Positions 1 to 11,000 of a DNA stretch of 55,795 bases are shown here, piece after piece. Below the pieces are notes generated by a model. It was not told the origin of the DNA, made no database searches, and worked only from the letters and a program-made list of their open reading frames with translations. The stretch lies in NCBI GenBank assembly GCA_037137535.1, contig JBAXKC010000017.1:1-55795 (forward strand), given 5' to 3'. The translations under genes were made by a program, and so were the position numbers. The DNA comes from a bacterium (lineage in GTDB: Bacteria > Cyanobacteriota > Vampirovibrionia > Gastranaerophilales > JBAXKC01). The number at the start of each line of letters is the position of its first letter. Positions within the stretch are counted from its first letter, which is position 1.

Positions 1-2
1 AT

Positions 3-725
3 CCAGTAAAAAATACTATAGTTAAAATAAATAATATGAAATATGCTCGATCAAACCATACGGCAACACTATTAAATGATGGCAGAGTCCTTATAGTAGG
101 AGGTGAAAATGGTTCTGGATTTTTATCTTCTATTGAAATTTATGATCCAGTAAAAAATACTATAGTTAAAATAAATAATATGAAATATGCTCGATCAAAT
201 CATACTGCAACACTATTAAACGATGGAAATGTCTTTATCGTCGGTGGTTCTGAAGTAGAAAACTTAGCTGAATTATATAATCCTCAATCAAAAAAAATTG
301 AAGCATTATATATAATGAATCTTCCAAGAGCAATACATACTGCAACATTGTTAAAAAATGGGGATATTTTAATAGTAGGGGGGGAGTGGGCAGGGTTTAA
401 TGCTGAGCTATATGATTCTCAATCAAAAAAAATTGAAGCATTAAATAAAATAAATCCTCCAAGAGTTGCTCATACTGCAACATTGTTAAAAAATGGAAAT
501 GTATTGATTGCGGGTGGATTTTACGCAAAAGGATGGGGTGATTTAAGCTCAATTTTTTCTACAATATACAACTATCAAGAAAAAAATTTTTATTTGAATA
601 CCCAAATGATAATGTTAAGAGCTTATTCTTCTGCAACAAAATTAAGTGATCAAAATATTCTATTCTGTGGCGGAATAAATGAAAAATCTCTAATACAGAA
701 GAGTTGTGAATTATACAAACAGTAA
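3..725 (+). CDS. Kelch/galactose-oxidase-type beta-propeller repeat protein, 5'-truncated by the window edge
   Basis: Repeated R-x-x-H-T-A-T-L-L-x-x-G-x-V-L-I-x-G-G units. The frame is open upstream of the listed ATG (36) to the window start. Confidence 0.85.
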   Translation, partial: PVKNTIVKINNMKYARSNHTATLLNDGRVLIVGGENGSGFLSSIEIYDPVKNTIVKINNMKYARSNHTATLLNDGNVFIVGGSEVENLAELYNPQSKKIEALYIMNLPRAIHTATLLKNGDILIVGGEWAGFNAELYDSQSKKIEALNKINPPRVAHTATLLKNGNVLIAGGFYAKGWGDLSSIFSTIYNYQEKNFYLNTQMIMLRAYSSATKLSDQNILFCGGINEKSLIQKSCELYKQ

Positions 726-738
726 AGAGCCTATTATT

Positions 739-775
739 AAAAACTCTCTTTGAGCTGAACCAAAGAGAGTTTTTT
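739..775. terminator. Bidirectional intrinsic terminator between converging genes
   Basis: AAAAACTCTCTTTG-8nt-CAAAGAGAGTTTTT. Confidence 0.8.
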
Positions 776-805
776 GATTAATGTATATGTTCAGAGCTAA
801 ATTAA

Positions 806-1834
806 TTACGCATTCAAATAATTTCTTAAACTTTTAATGCCTCTATTATTTCTGCATAATTTTTTAAGTTTGCTTATCGCTCTATTTTCAATTTGTCTTA
901 TTCTTTCTCTTGATACACCATAACGTGTTCCAATCTCTTCAAGAGTCTTTTTATTTCCATCATCATCAAGTCCAAATCTCATAATAAGAACATCTCTTTC
1001 TTTTGGACTTAACTGATTTAAGATTTTTCTGATTTCTACAAAAAGATTTTCATGAATAACTTTTGTATCTGGAGAGAGTGACTTGCTGTCTATTAAAAAA
1101 TCACCAATTCTTGCATTTTCTTCTTTTTTATTAAGCGGAGTTTCAAGACTTATTGTTGATTGAGCTGATTTTATAACCGCTCTAAGTTTAGAAAGAGGAA
1201 TTTCAAGCCTTTCAGCAATTTCTTCTTTTGTAGGCTTTCTGTTAAGCTCAGTTGCAAGGTCAGTGGTTACTTTTTTAATACGGCCTATGGTTTCTATCAT
1301 ATGAACAGGTAAGCGGATCGTTCTGGACTTATCTGCAATGCCTCTGGTTATTGCTTGTTGTATCCACCATGTTGCATAAGTGCTGAATTTATAGCCTTTC
1401 GCATAATCAAATTTCTCGGCAGCTCTCATTAGTCCCATATTTCCTTCTTGAATTAAATCAAGAAATGAAAGCCCTCTTCCGATATATTTCTTAGCAATAC
1501 TAACTACTAATCTTAAATTTGCGCTAACTAGCTTTTCTTTTGCTCTAATACTGCCTGATTCTTTAATTTGTCTTGCGACTTCAACTTCTTCATCAGGAGT
1601 TAAAAGCTTAATACGACCTATTTGCTGCAAATATATCTTTACTGAATCATCAGAGGAGAGTGTTTCTTTTGCCACTTTTGGTGTTTCTTCCTCAGCCTCT
1701 TCTTCAGCATCAGGAACAACTATATCAAAAGGGTCAAAATCAAAACCTTCATCAGTTGAAATTATAATTTCTTCTTTTTCCTCATCGTCAAGTATATCGT
1801 CTGCTATCTTTTTTTTCACTTTATTTACAGGCAT
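806..1834 (-). CDS. rpoD: RNA polymerase sigma-70 factor, RpoD/SigA type
   Basis: Region 1.2 [11 protein letters not shown], region 2 [13 protein letters not shown]...[16 protein letters not shown], region 4 TLEEIG...[10 protein letters not shown]. Could be a group-2 paralogue. Confidence 0.8.
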   Translation of the reverse strand: MPVNKVKKKIADDILDDEEKEEIIISTDEGFDFDPFDIVVPDAEEEAEEETPKVAKETLSSDDSVKIYLQQIGRIKLLTPDEEVEVARQIKESGSIRAKEKLVSANLRLVVSIAKKYIGRGLSFLDLIQEGNMGLMRAAEKFDYAKGYKFSTYATWWIQQAITRGIADKSRTIRLPVHMIETIGRIKKVTTDLATELNRKPTKEEIAERLEIPLSKLRAVIKSAQSTISLETPLNKKEENARIGDFLIDSKSLSPDTKVIHENLFVEIRKILNQLSPKERDVLIMRFGLDDDGNKKTLEEIGTRYGVSRERIRQIENRAISKLKKLCRNNRGIKSLRNYLNA

Positions 1835-1912
1835 TATGCTAACCCCCTTGAATGAATAACATTAGTTGTAATAAGTCATTTGTAATAAAAATCAGTAAAC
1901 AATAAAATTAGA

Positions 1913-2680
1913 CTATGGTTTAGTCTTTACTAGCCGTTGTCGTACTGCCTCATAAACTATTACACTATAAGCATTTGAAACATTAAGAGAGTTAATACTT
2001 CCCGGCATTGGAATCTTAACAATTATATCACAATTTTTTCTTACTAGGGAAGATATTCCCTTATTTTCTCCACCTAAAACAAATGCGGTATTCATGTCAT
2101 ATTTAACATCAAAATGATATTGTTTAGCATCAGCATCTGCACCGACAACCCAAAAATTGTGTTCTTTTAATTTTTCTATTGCCTGACTAATATTGGTTAC
2201 TTGCACAATTGGAACTCTATCAATTGTTCCTGCACTGGCTTTTTCAACAGACGAATTAACTGCAGCTGACCTTCTTTTAGGAATAATAACTGCATCCACA
2301 GCCGCCGCGGCTGAAGTTCTGATTATTGCCCCGAGGTTATGCGGATCTTCAACTGAGTCTAATACGGCTATAGTTGAGTAGCCTTCTTTGTTTTTTAGAT
2401 TTTCAAGGACTTCATCTAAATCAGCATATTCTATTGGCGCTATATATACAGCTATACCCTGATGGTTAGCTTTTTCCGTAAGAACATCGAGTTTTTCTTT
2501 TGGAACTTCCAGTATTACAATTTTTTTAGCTCTTGCACTATCAATAATGCTTTTCATCTTAGGATCAATTTTAATCCCTTTGGCTAAAATAAGTTTTGTT
2601 ATATTTCTTTTTGAAAGTTTTAAGGCACCCTCAACCGAGTTTCTACCGTAAACTAATTCTTTTTGATCTTCCATAAACAC
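1913..2680 (-). CDS. rlmB: 23S rRNA G2251 2'-O-methyltransferase (SpoU/TrmH family)
   Basis: NHQGI, DPHNLGAIIRT and SLNVSNA SPOUT motifs. Confidence 0.9.
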   Translation of the reverse strand: MFMEDQKELVYGRNSVEGALKLSKRNITKLILAKGIKIDPKMKSIIDSARAKKIVILEVPKEKLDVLTEKANHQGIAVYIAPIEYADLDEVLENLKNKEGYSTIAVLDSVEDPHNLGAIIRTSAAAAVDAVIIPKRRSAAVNSSVEKASAGTIDRVPIVQVTNISQAIEKLKEHNFWVVGADADAKQYHFDVKYDMNTAFVLGGENKGISSLVRKNCDIIVKIPMPGSINSLNVSNAYSVIVYEAVRQRLVKTKP

Positions 2681-2755
2681 TTTTCTTAAATTACAAATTC
2701 AACATTTCTATTTTATCATTAAGATTTATTTTGTATAATCAACTAGATGCTTTAA

Positions 2756-3148
2756 ATGGGAGGAGAACTTATGAATAGTAAAATTAAAATATCTCGTAGT
2801 ATTAGAGGTGCAACAACTACTGAACAAAACACTAAAGAAGAAATAGAACAGGTAACTATTGAACTTTTAAGCAATATTATTGAGTCTAATAAAATTGACA
2901 AGGATGATATTACTTCTGTAATCTTTACTCTTACCCCAGATTTAAATGCTGATTTTCCTGCAAAATACGCAAGAATTCATTTAGGATGGGACGATGTGCC
3001 AATGATTTGCGCTCAAGAAATTGCTGTAGAAGACAGTCTTAAAATGTGTATAAGGGTTTTAATAACTTTAAATACAATTCAGGAAAAACATGAAATAAAA
3101 CATGTATATTTAGGAAGAGCAAAAGCATTAAGACCGGATTTGAATTAA
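2756..3148 (+). CDS. aroH: Chorismate mutase, AroH class (start may be 2771)
   Basis: IRGATT, FTLTPDLNADFPA, CIRVL, HVYLG..A..LRPDL. Confidence 0.93.
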   Translation: MGGELMNSKIKISRSIRGATTTEQNTKEEIEQVTIELLSNIIESNKIDKDDITSVIFTLTPDLNADFPAKYARIHLGWDDVPMICAQEIAVEDSLKMCIRVLITLNTIQEKHEIKHVYLGRAKALRPDLN

Positions 3149-4680
3149 TGAAAAAATCGGAACAAATATTTAATAGGCTTTCCTTGAGACAAAAAATTAA
3201 TCAAATGTTCATCTTAGGATTTGAAGAAACTTCTATTAAGGAAAATTCTAATATTGTAAATTTATTAAAAAATTCACTTGGTGGTGTTATTTTATTTGCT
3301 AAAAACATAGAAAGCTACGAACAATGTGCTGAATTAAACAGACAAATCCTATCATATTCTGATATAACCCCATTTATTTCAGTTGATCAAGAAGGCGGAC
3401 TTGTTGACAGATTTATTAATATTGACGATAAACAGCAGATTGAGTTTCTTAGCCCTATGCTTTTAGGATTAACAAAAAACGAAGAATTAATAAAGAATCA
3501 TACAAAAGTTAAAGCCCAGTTATTAAAAATGCTTGGATTTAATATGAATTATGATCCGTTGCTAGATGTTAATTCGTGTGTCAAAAATCCTATAATATCA
3601 ATAAGATCGTTGTCTGACGAAACAGAAAATGTCTATAAATATTCTCCTTTTATTTATAAAACACAATCTCAAGAATATATTATTCCTGTTGTAAAGCATT
3701 TTCCTGGACATGGTGATGCAACAGTTGATTCTCATCTTAATATGCCTATAATTGATTTGAATTTTGAGGATTTAGAAAAAATACATATAAAACCATTTAT
3801 AGAAGCAATAAAAGACGGTATTGACGCAATAATGGTGGCTCACGTAAATTACAAAGCCTTTGACCCCGATACCAACACTCCTGCTTCCTTGTCTACAAAG
3901 GTTATAAATGATTATTTAAGGCAAAAGCTAAGTTTTGACGGGTTAATTATTTCTGATGACATGACAATGGGTGGAGTAACAAAAGATTTTACCCGATTTG
4001 AAGCTGTCAAAAAAGCTATTACTGCTGGGGTAAATACTTTTATTTATCAACATTCCGATGAGGAAACTCTTTTATTGCTGGATAATTTAGAAAAAGCTGT
4101 TATTAATGGTGAAATTAGTGAAAAATTAATTAATAATTCAGCTCTTAAAGTTTTAGAATTAAAAGAAAAATTTGGATTACTGGATAAAATCATGATTATT
4201 AATGATATTGAAACCTCTAAAATATCAAAATTAAAAGAAAATACTCAAGAAATAGCAAAAAACGCTGTTCATTTTATAAAAAAAGGTAAATTTGATAAAA
4301 AACTAAAAACCGCAATTATTATGCCAAATAAAAAAGATATATTTAATTATTCTAAAGATAAATCAATTGAAGAATATAAATTGAATTTAGATAATTATGA
4401 GTTTATAACATATCCGCTAAAAGCAACAAATGCAGATGTGGAAAAAATAGTAACAAATTTGGGAGCATACGAGCAGCTTATTTTTATAAGCTATAACTCT
4501 GAAGTTTTTACTGAGCAGATAAATCTTTTTAATAGTTTAAAACAACTTCCAATTACTACAATTATTGGTGGTAATATTTCGGACGAAAATCTTTATTTGA
4601 CAAACTCTAAAAGTGTTATAGCTGCTTGTTCACTCAATGATTTGACTTTGGATTCTGTTTTTAAACTTTTAGAAATTTAA
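3148..4680 (+). CDS. nagZ: GH3 beta-N-acetylhexosaminidase
   Basis: VDQEGG, KHFPGHG...DSH and IISDD motifs. Confidence 0.88.
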   Translation: MKKSEQIFNRLSLRQKINQMFILGFEETSIKENSNIVNLLKNSLGGVILFAKNIESYEQCAELNRQILSYSDITPFISVDQEGGLVDRFINIDDKQQIEFLSPMLLGLTKNEELIKNHTKVKAQLLKMLGFNMNYDPLLDVNSCVKNPIISIRSLSDETENVYKYSPFIYKTQSQEYIIPVVKHFPGHGDATVDSHLNMPIIDLNFEDLEKIHIKPFIEAIKDGIDAIMVAHVNYKAFDPDTNTPASLSTKVINDYLRQKLSFDGLIISDDMTMGGVTKDFTRFEAVKKAITAGVNTFIYQHSDEETLLLLDNLEKAVINGEISEKLINNSALKVLELKEKFGLLDKIMIINDIETSKISKLKENTQEIAKNAVHFIKKGKFDKKLKTAIIMPNKKDIFNYSKDKSIEEYKLNLDNYEFITYPLKATNADVEKIVTNLGAYEQLIFISYNSEVFTEQINLFNSLKQLPITTIIGGNISDENLYLTNSKSVIAACSLNDLTLDSVFKLLEI

Positions 4681-4784
4681 ATAGTCGTCTACATATTTAA
4701 AAAAGAAGAAAAAATAGAGTTTAAAAAAGTATCGAGTATCTAAAAAAAAATTTTTGGGAACAATTTTGGAATAATTGCCCTAAA

Positions 4785-4816
4785 AATAAAAAAATCAGCC
4801 GATATTAAAAGGGCTG
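4785..4816 (-). terminator. Original host terminator of the tRNA-Thr gene, displaced by prophage integration
   Basis: Minus strand TCAGCC-11nt-GGCTGA followed by a long T tract, just 3' of the displaced tRNA fragment. Confidence 0.6.
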
Positions 4817-4832
4817 AAACTCTTATATATAG

Positions 4833-4883
4833 AAACAAGCCGACATGGGGAATCGAACCCCAGACCTACAGTTTACGAAACTG
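4833..4883. repeat. Left att core (displaced 3' half of tRNA-Thr)
   Basis: 51-bp exact direct repeat of 37469-37519 (AAACAAGCCGACATGGGG...TTTACGAAACTG). Confidence 0.97.
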
Positions 4884-4997
4884 GCTTTTTATAATTATTT
4901 ACCATACTGCAATTGGCTAATACATAAGATATAATTGAATTAATTAATAATTTGCGATAATAAGCGATATATAAAAACATTAAAAATGACTATATTC

Positions 4998-5016
4998 ATT
5001 AGACAAATATTAGACA
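4998..5016. promoter_or_regulatory. Putative integrase arm-type binding sites (left)
   Basis: ATTAGACAAAT-ATTAGACA tandem, identical over 19 bp to 37427-37445. Confidence 0.7.
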
Positions 5017-5018
5017 CA

Positions 5019-5056
5019 AAAAAACCTCGGATAAAAATTAAAATCCGAGGTTTTTT
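5019..5056. terminator. Bidirectional terminator ending the late operon
   Basis: AAAAAACCTCGGAT-10nt-ATCCGAGGTTTTTT. Confidence 0.85.
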
Positions 5057-5077
5057 AAATATAATAAGTTTTTAAAA

Positions 5078-5380
5078 TTATGCCTGATTAACCGTCAAAC
5101 CACCAACATATTTTTTTAATGAATCGTATAGATACTGCACAATGTTAGGTGTTATCGCCAGTAATATTGTGGCTATAATTGGATTAATCGGTGTAACTAC
5201 TCTACTTATATGCCCTGTTACTAATGCGATAACAGCTTGTTTTTTATCATCACCGCTTAACTCTTTATTGACATACATAATAACGGTATTTTCTACATAT
5301 AGTTTGAATTGGTCAAGCTTTCCGCTATCTTTTAAATACTTGAAATCTTTTTTTAGATTAAAAATGTGTAATAAATTCAT
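5078..5380 (-). CDS. Lysis-module membrane protein (holin-like)
   Basis: Follows the endolysin; LSGDDKKQAV plus hydrophobic C-terminal half. Confidence 0.5.
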   Translation of the reverse strand: MNLLHIFNLKKDFKYLKDSGKLDQFKLYVENTVIMYVNKELSGDDKKQAVIALVTGHISRVVTPINPIIATILLAITPNIVQYLYDSLKKYVGGLTVNQA

Positions 5381-5391
5381 TGTTAAATCTC

Positions 5392-5835
5392 CTATATTAA
5401 ACTTAATTTACCTGTTAAAAATAAAACCTCTTCGGCTTTTCGTCTTTTGGTCAGTCCTAAAAGTTCAGTTTTACCTGCTTTATTCCATTTTTTAAATTCT
5501 TGCCCGGCTTCGATATAATTTTTAGCATTTAACAGTTTTAAAAGTGTAGATCCTTTCAAAGCATCAGGACCGCAATTAAATGTAAAACTAACCAAAGAAT
5601 CAAACTGAGCTTGATTGATAGGAACTTTTACAAGAGAATTAACTGCATTTTCAAAGACCTTTAAATCATTAGCAAGTAATTCATCCGCCTGAGTTTGTGT
5701 AATTGTTTGCCCTTGCTTTATTCCTCCTGTATGACCTGTTCCAATAGTCCAAACACCGGCAGGGCATTTGTAAGAAGTTAATCTACACCCCTCAAAGTGC
5801 TTAATTAAATTGATTCCGTTTGTGCTTGTTTTCAT
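5392..5835 (-). CDS. Endolysin, GH24 phage lysozyme
   Basis: FEGCRLTSYKCPAGVWTIGTGHT (E-x8-C-x5-T triad), QFDSLVSFTFN, GLTKRRKAE. Confidence 0.95.
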   Translation of the reverse strand: MKTSTNGINLIKHFEGCRLTSYKCPAGVWTIGTGHTGGIKQGQTITQTQADELLANDLKVFENAVNSLVKVPINQAQFDSLVSFTFNCGPDALKGSTLLKLLNAKNYIEAGQEFKKWNKAGKTELLGLTKRRKAEEVLFLTGKLSLI

Positions 5836-6074
5836 TACTCCCCTCCTACTTTTGCAAGTAAAATTTTATAAATACTATCGACCTTTTCGCCAATGTTAGC
5901 GAGTTGACATTTTAAATCGTTAACCGTTGTATGCGTGGCAAATTTTTTTTCGGCATCCTCTAAAATTTCTCTATGCTTTTTTTCAAGCTGTTCGGGTCTG
6001 ACAAAAATTCCAAATTGTGTAAAAAAAGAAAAAACAGCCACAATTATAGCTGCATAGGGTAAATATTGTTCCAC
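5835..6074 (-). CDS. Putative holin (N-terminal TM plus coiled coil)
   Basis: Single hydrophobic segment, coupled to the endolysin start. Confidence 0.55.
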   Translation of the reverse strand: MEQYLPYAAIIVAVFSFFTQFGIFVRPEQLEKKHREILEDAEKKFATHTTVNDLKCQLANIGEKVDSIYKILLAKVGGE

Positions 6075-6087
6075 GTTTCTTAATTCC

Positions 6088-6414
6088 TTATACTAACTGC
6101 TTTCTTAACACTTGAATATCTGTTTCATACTTTTCCAGATAGCTTTTACTACCATTAAGTACAAAATCGGTCAAAGCTCGGATTTTCTTTGCTTCGATAG
6201 CTTGTATTTGTTCAAGAATTGGTGCATTAAGTTCTTCTTTGGTTTTAGGAATATCAATTAAAACACCGTCTTTGTAGATTTTTCCAATTGTTTGAATTTC
6301 AACAATATTCCACCCAATAACTGGCAAATCTGAATAAGTACACCCATCATCAGCAAGAAAACCTTTGCCCTCAATTTCTTCTGGAGTATTGATTAAATTA
6401 CCTTGATATATCAT
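6088..6414 (-). CDS. Putative tail fibre assembly/chaperone protein
   Basis: Directly after the tail fibre; C-terminal helix IQAIEAKKIRAL...IQVLRKQL. Confidence 0.5.
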   Translation of the reverse strand: MIYQGNLINTPEEIEGKGFLADDGCTYSDLPVIGWNIVEIQTIGKIYKDGVLIDIPKTKEELNAPILEQIQAIEAKKIRALTDFVLNGSKSYLEKYETDIQVLRKQLV

Positions 6415-6417
6415 ATT

Positions 6418-8070
6418 TTATGCCCTCTCAATAATAAATTTTGCACTTGTAGCCTGTGCGTTAAAATCAATTAGCGCAGGATAAGCCCCAGCTTTAAATG
6501 CGCAGGTTAAATCTGTAATATTTTGTACACCTGCACCACAAGAAATATTTGCAGAACCGTTCCATTGTAATGATTTTGCAAATTCTCCAACCATTGAACC
6601 ATTGTTTCCAATTGAATTTACTTTTACATTTGAATGACCAATATTATGACTTTTTGAATAATTTCCATTATTTGAAATAGAAAACCAACCACTATCATAT
6701 TTACCATTAAGAGCATAACTTATAGCATTTACAACAGCACTTCCATTTGTTGTTACTTCTCCCAATGCTACACACTCTTGAACTTCTGTCCAAGATGTTG
6801 CACTTCGTCCATATTTCATTACATTGTTAGCGGTATCAAACCAATAAGCGTCAACTAAAGCAGATGAAGCAACAGTTTTAAACTCTATTTCTCTAGCATA
6901 GTATAAGGATGAAGTTTGTCCGCCCGTCTGCAATAATCTGTAATAAGTATATCCATTCGTATTACCACTTAGTGTTGTTTGAACTTGAGTAGTAACACCA
7001 CCACCAAGCGTGAAAGTAGCACCTATATTAGTCCAATTAGAGTTATCATTTGACCCTTGCCATTGCCAAGTTCCATGATTATCATTCCCAGACTGATACC
7101 ATTTTGCCTCTGTTATTACTTGAGCAGTAGGAAATTGAAATTTCATATACCTAGAGGTCAACGCATTGTTTATTGTCAAACTATCAGCTTGAGATCCATC
7201 AATTAAATTTGACATTGCACCAGTATAAGCGGTTACATCAGTAGTAAAAACAATAGAGCCTCGTCTATCTCCTGAGCCATAAGGATTGGTATAACTTGGA
7301 CTTGATGAACCACTAAAAGCAGGAGCAGTGCTTCCCCAGTAAACACGAGAAGCATTATATTCCCACGCTGGAGTTGTTGACCAGTTTTTATAAATAATTG
7401 TTGAGGTTGCGTTTGCCGGTGCGTCAAGCGGAATATTAAAATCAGTATTAAAAGTAAATTTACTTTGTATATCTTTGTATTGACCATTGCCAATAAGATT
7501 AAAAGCACTTGCAAGTATAGAGGCTCTTAATCCAGAACCAATTCCGATAAAATCAGCTTGTCCATTGGTTAGTCGTGCAACATTAACACATTGTGGTACT
7601 AAACCTTTAGATGTTGTTATTTTATCAATATAGCCTTTTGTTGCTAAATTTTCAGGACTATTTGGGTTTAAATATCCTATGCCACCTGATATATAAGCAC
7701 CATTTCCGACCGAGCCATTTAAACTAAATGTATTTGCATCAATAACTGTAATTATAAAATTTCCGTTCGAGGCTGTATTTCCTAAAACTCCGTTTATTGA
7801 AAGACTATCGCCGGTAACTCTAGCGTGATTTGTTGATGTTATTACAATAGGAGTTGTATTTGTAGCACCTGTTATAACAAGTGGTTTATAGCTTTGTAAT
7901 CCTGTTGATTTGACAGAGCCATCTTTCTTTATATAACTGTTTTCTATGGTTGCCGTTCTTGATTCTATATCATTATTTGAAACTCTTAATGTTTCAAAAT
8001 TATCATTAACAGGTGTTGGGTCTGCTAAACTATCTATTGCAAACTGATTTAAACTATTAATTGCTGTCAT
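6418..8070 (-). CDS. Tail fibre/receptor-binding protein with discoidin (F5/8C)-like insert
   Basis: N-terminal anchor VNDNF, FCCH-like beta module, NLIDG...WQWQGSNDNSNWT...YTYYRL. Confidence 0.75.
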   Translation of the reverse strand: MTAINSLNQFAIDSLADPTPVNDNFETLRVSNNDIESRTATIENSYIKKDGSVKSTGLQSYKPLVITGATNTTPIVITSTNHARVTGDSLSINGVLGNTASNGNFIITVIDANTFSLNGSVGNGAYISGGIGYLNPNSPENLATKGYIDKITTSKGLVPQCVNVARLTNGQADFIGIGSGLRASILASAFNLIGNGQYKDIQSKFTFNTDFNIPLDAPANATSTIIYKNWSTTPAWEYNASRVYWGSTAPAFSGSSSPSYTNPYGSGDRRGSIVFTTDVTAYTGAMSNLIDGSQADSLTINNALTSRYMKFQFPTAQVITEAKWYQSGNDNHGTWQWQGSNDNSNWTNIGATFTLGGGVTTQVQTTLSGNTNGYTYYRLLQTGGQTSSLYYAREIEFKTVASSALVDAYWFDTANNVMKYGRSATSWTEVQECVALGEVTTNGSAVVNAISYALNGKYDSGWFSISNNGNYSKSHNIGHSNVKVNSIGNNGSMVGEFAKSLQWNGSANISCGAGVQNITDLTCAFKAGAYPALIDFNAQATSAKFIIERA

Positions 8071-8076
8071 AATATT

Positions 8077-11000
8077 TTATTTTCCCTGTTTCTGTAACTC
8101 AACTTTTTGCATTGCTTTTTTATATGCTTCTTTTCGAATATCTTTAAGTGCTTGATTGAAGATTTTATTTGGATCCATTTTATTTCGGACTATTTGTTTG
8201 GTTATCTCAATAACTTCGTTTTTGTCTTTATGTTTTATAGCCTCAATATAAAGTTCTTTTCCTTTATAAAAATTCATTCCTTTATTGGTAGGGGCAAAAA
8301 ACTCATAAGGATTTATATCTTTTTTAGGGTCAACAACTCCATTAAAAGAAAAAGGTAAAAAGGATTTTGCTACTTCACCAGTCATAGCACCAACTTTTTC
8401 AATTCCTTTTTTATCTTTTAAATTTGGATTTTCAAAACCGCTTAAAGTTCGTCCGGTCATAGCCTGAGAAGCAAGTTGCATAACCGGCGAGGCTTTACCG
8501 CCTAATTTTTCAAAAGGTTTTTCAACAAGCTCTGGAACTTCTCTAAACTGTTTACCTAATCGCCAGTATCTTTCAGTTCCGTCTGAATTTCTGCCTAAGA
8601 AAACATAAGTTTCATTTCCAGAGGAATTGCCAAAAATAGAATAATCTTTAGCATTCATTTTTTTAGGATAAAGATCGGGATTTTCTTCTTTATCGTGTTG
8701 GCGATTAATTGCATTTAAAGCATTTGCATACAAAGCATAATTAAGCAAAGCTCTTGTCCAAAATCTTCTTGCAATTCTGCCTCTTATTCCTGCCGATGTT
8801 ACATCGTCAGTTATAGAACCTATGCCCCATTGACGACCAACATCCCTTGCCTTTTCCCAAAAAGCACTTTCTTTTGCTTTTGCATTAATAAATTTCTGAC
8901 CTGTTTCTGTTGATAACATTCCTAAAAAATGCCTTGTAGTTGAAACAAACCAATCAGGGGATAACATTAATCTTTGTGATAAACGTCTTGATGATGGCTT
9001 AATTCCTAAATTTTCCCATACTTGACCTCCGTAGTTATCATTTACCCATTGACCAATTTCTTTTCTTACTGAGCTTGATAATGAACCTTTTCTTGAATAT
9101 TCATCAATTAAATTTTCATAAGTGGTAAGTTTAAATTGATTATGTAAATAATCCCACAAGACTTTATTGTTTAATTCTTGCCCTTTACTTAATATTTTTG
9201 CCGGCAAACTGGCATATTTACCAATAATAGGCATTTTATCTATTTTATTAGCCGTATTGTCTAATAAATCCTCAACAAGTTTTCTATGAATATCAAGAGT
9301 AGCACCTAATTGAACTCCATCTTTTATAGCATTTCTCGCCAATTCATCTTTTTTATATATTTCCCAATCATTGTTTTTTACCGAATTGAAAATTTTTGCA
9401 GGATTTAATATTTTACTTACATCCTTAACTCCTAAACTGGCTAAAGCACTTTCAGACAAGTTCATACCGTGAAAACCGCTAAAACCTAAATTGAATTGTT
9501 TCTGAACTGCGTTTAAATTATCATATATCCTTGTTATTTTATTTGATGATTCAGGAGTTTCAAAAACTGTTTGTAAAGCCTCAGCTATATCAGGATGAAC
9601 TTTAACAGGTGATTTAAACATTTCAACGGTCTTTTCTTCAAGAACATTTTTAGCCTTAGACCAATCGAAGTTCTCCGGTAATAACTTTTTAAAAGTTTCA
9701 CTTTTAGACATTCTTGCTAATACATCAGCAGTTGCTTTTGGTGCAATTGTTGATGTCATTTTCGGATCGTTAAATAAAAAACCAAATAACTCCGCTATTT
9801 GTTCAGAATGACTATTAGCATATCTGCTTTTACCTTGAGAAGATAATATTTTTATTCTTTCTTCGTTAAGGTCTGCTAACTCTTGTTTATGTTTAATTGC
9901 GAAATCACTACCTAATTCAAGGGCTTTATCAATAGCGTGTCCTATTTCGTGAGCTAATGTTTTATTACTAAACCATTTTTTTAAACTTATTTCTTTGCCT
10001 AAATATGTTTTGCCTCCAATAGTCGCTTTTCTTGTTTTATAAACACCCAAAGTTTTACCATTAGAATTTAATCTTCTACCAACAGCAACCCCCATTTCTG
10101 CAAGAATATTTTGTAGTTCTGGTGTCATTACTTCACCAACTGCGGTATCAATAGGTCTAATAATTGTTTTGTTAATTGCAGGATGATTGATACTTACCCA
10201 GTCAGATGGTGCTTTATGTGCAGGCAATACAAGAGGAATGCCATCACCAGTTTTTAAACCTTTAACATACTCTGCTAATTTCTTATCAACAGTAGCTTTA
10301 ATTAAACTGTCTGATTGAATTTTCAATAATTCAGCGTAATCAAGAGTTTTAGGCTTTAATTTTAAAACTTCTCCATTATCAAGTTTTAAACCTTGAATAC
10401 CATCAAATAAAGTTTCAATAGTTCTTTCTTTTGCAAATCTTGAACGAGTTGAAAAATAATTTGTTACAGCAGGAATTTGCTTTTTATCTAAATCCCAGAT
10501 ATGAGTAACATAATTTTCAATATCTTGTTTATTTGCATCTTCTGTATCTTTTCCATTTACTTGTTGATATTCATCCCAATATTTTTGAAATTCTTCTGAA
10601 ATATTATCAGCATAATCTCTCAATTCATTTTTTTGTTCATTGGTTAATTTATCCCAAGTTTTTACAAGGTCTGGTCTACCTATATCATTTGGTAATTCTG
10701 TTCTTTCTCTTAAAAAAGGCATAATCTCTCTGATGTTTTTATCATTAAGACCTGTTTCTTTTGCTATATCTCTACTATGGTTAATAAATTCTGTAATTGT
10801 TTTATTAACATCATAACGCTGTGTTTCAATATCTGAATGCCATTTTCTTACAGCTTCTTTTATTCTAGGAGTGTACTCTTTTGCAGTTTCCAGATTTTTA
10901 ATATTTTCTGCTTTCTTTTGTTGAGAAAACTCACGTTTTTTATCGGTTATAGTTTCTAGTTTTGTTCTAGGCATATTAAAAGAGCTTTCACCAGTTTTAT

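Noticed and set aside
4838-4883. Second tRNA-Thr gene
   Set aside because: Only the 3' half is present (no D arm or 5' acceptor strand); it is the att duplication
6088-8070. Invertible tail-fibre cassette
   Set aside because: No invertase gene, no inverted crossover repeats and no alternate fibre ends seen
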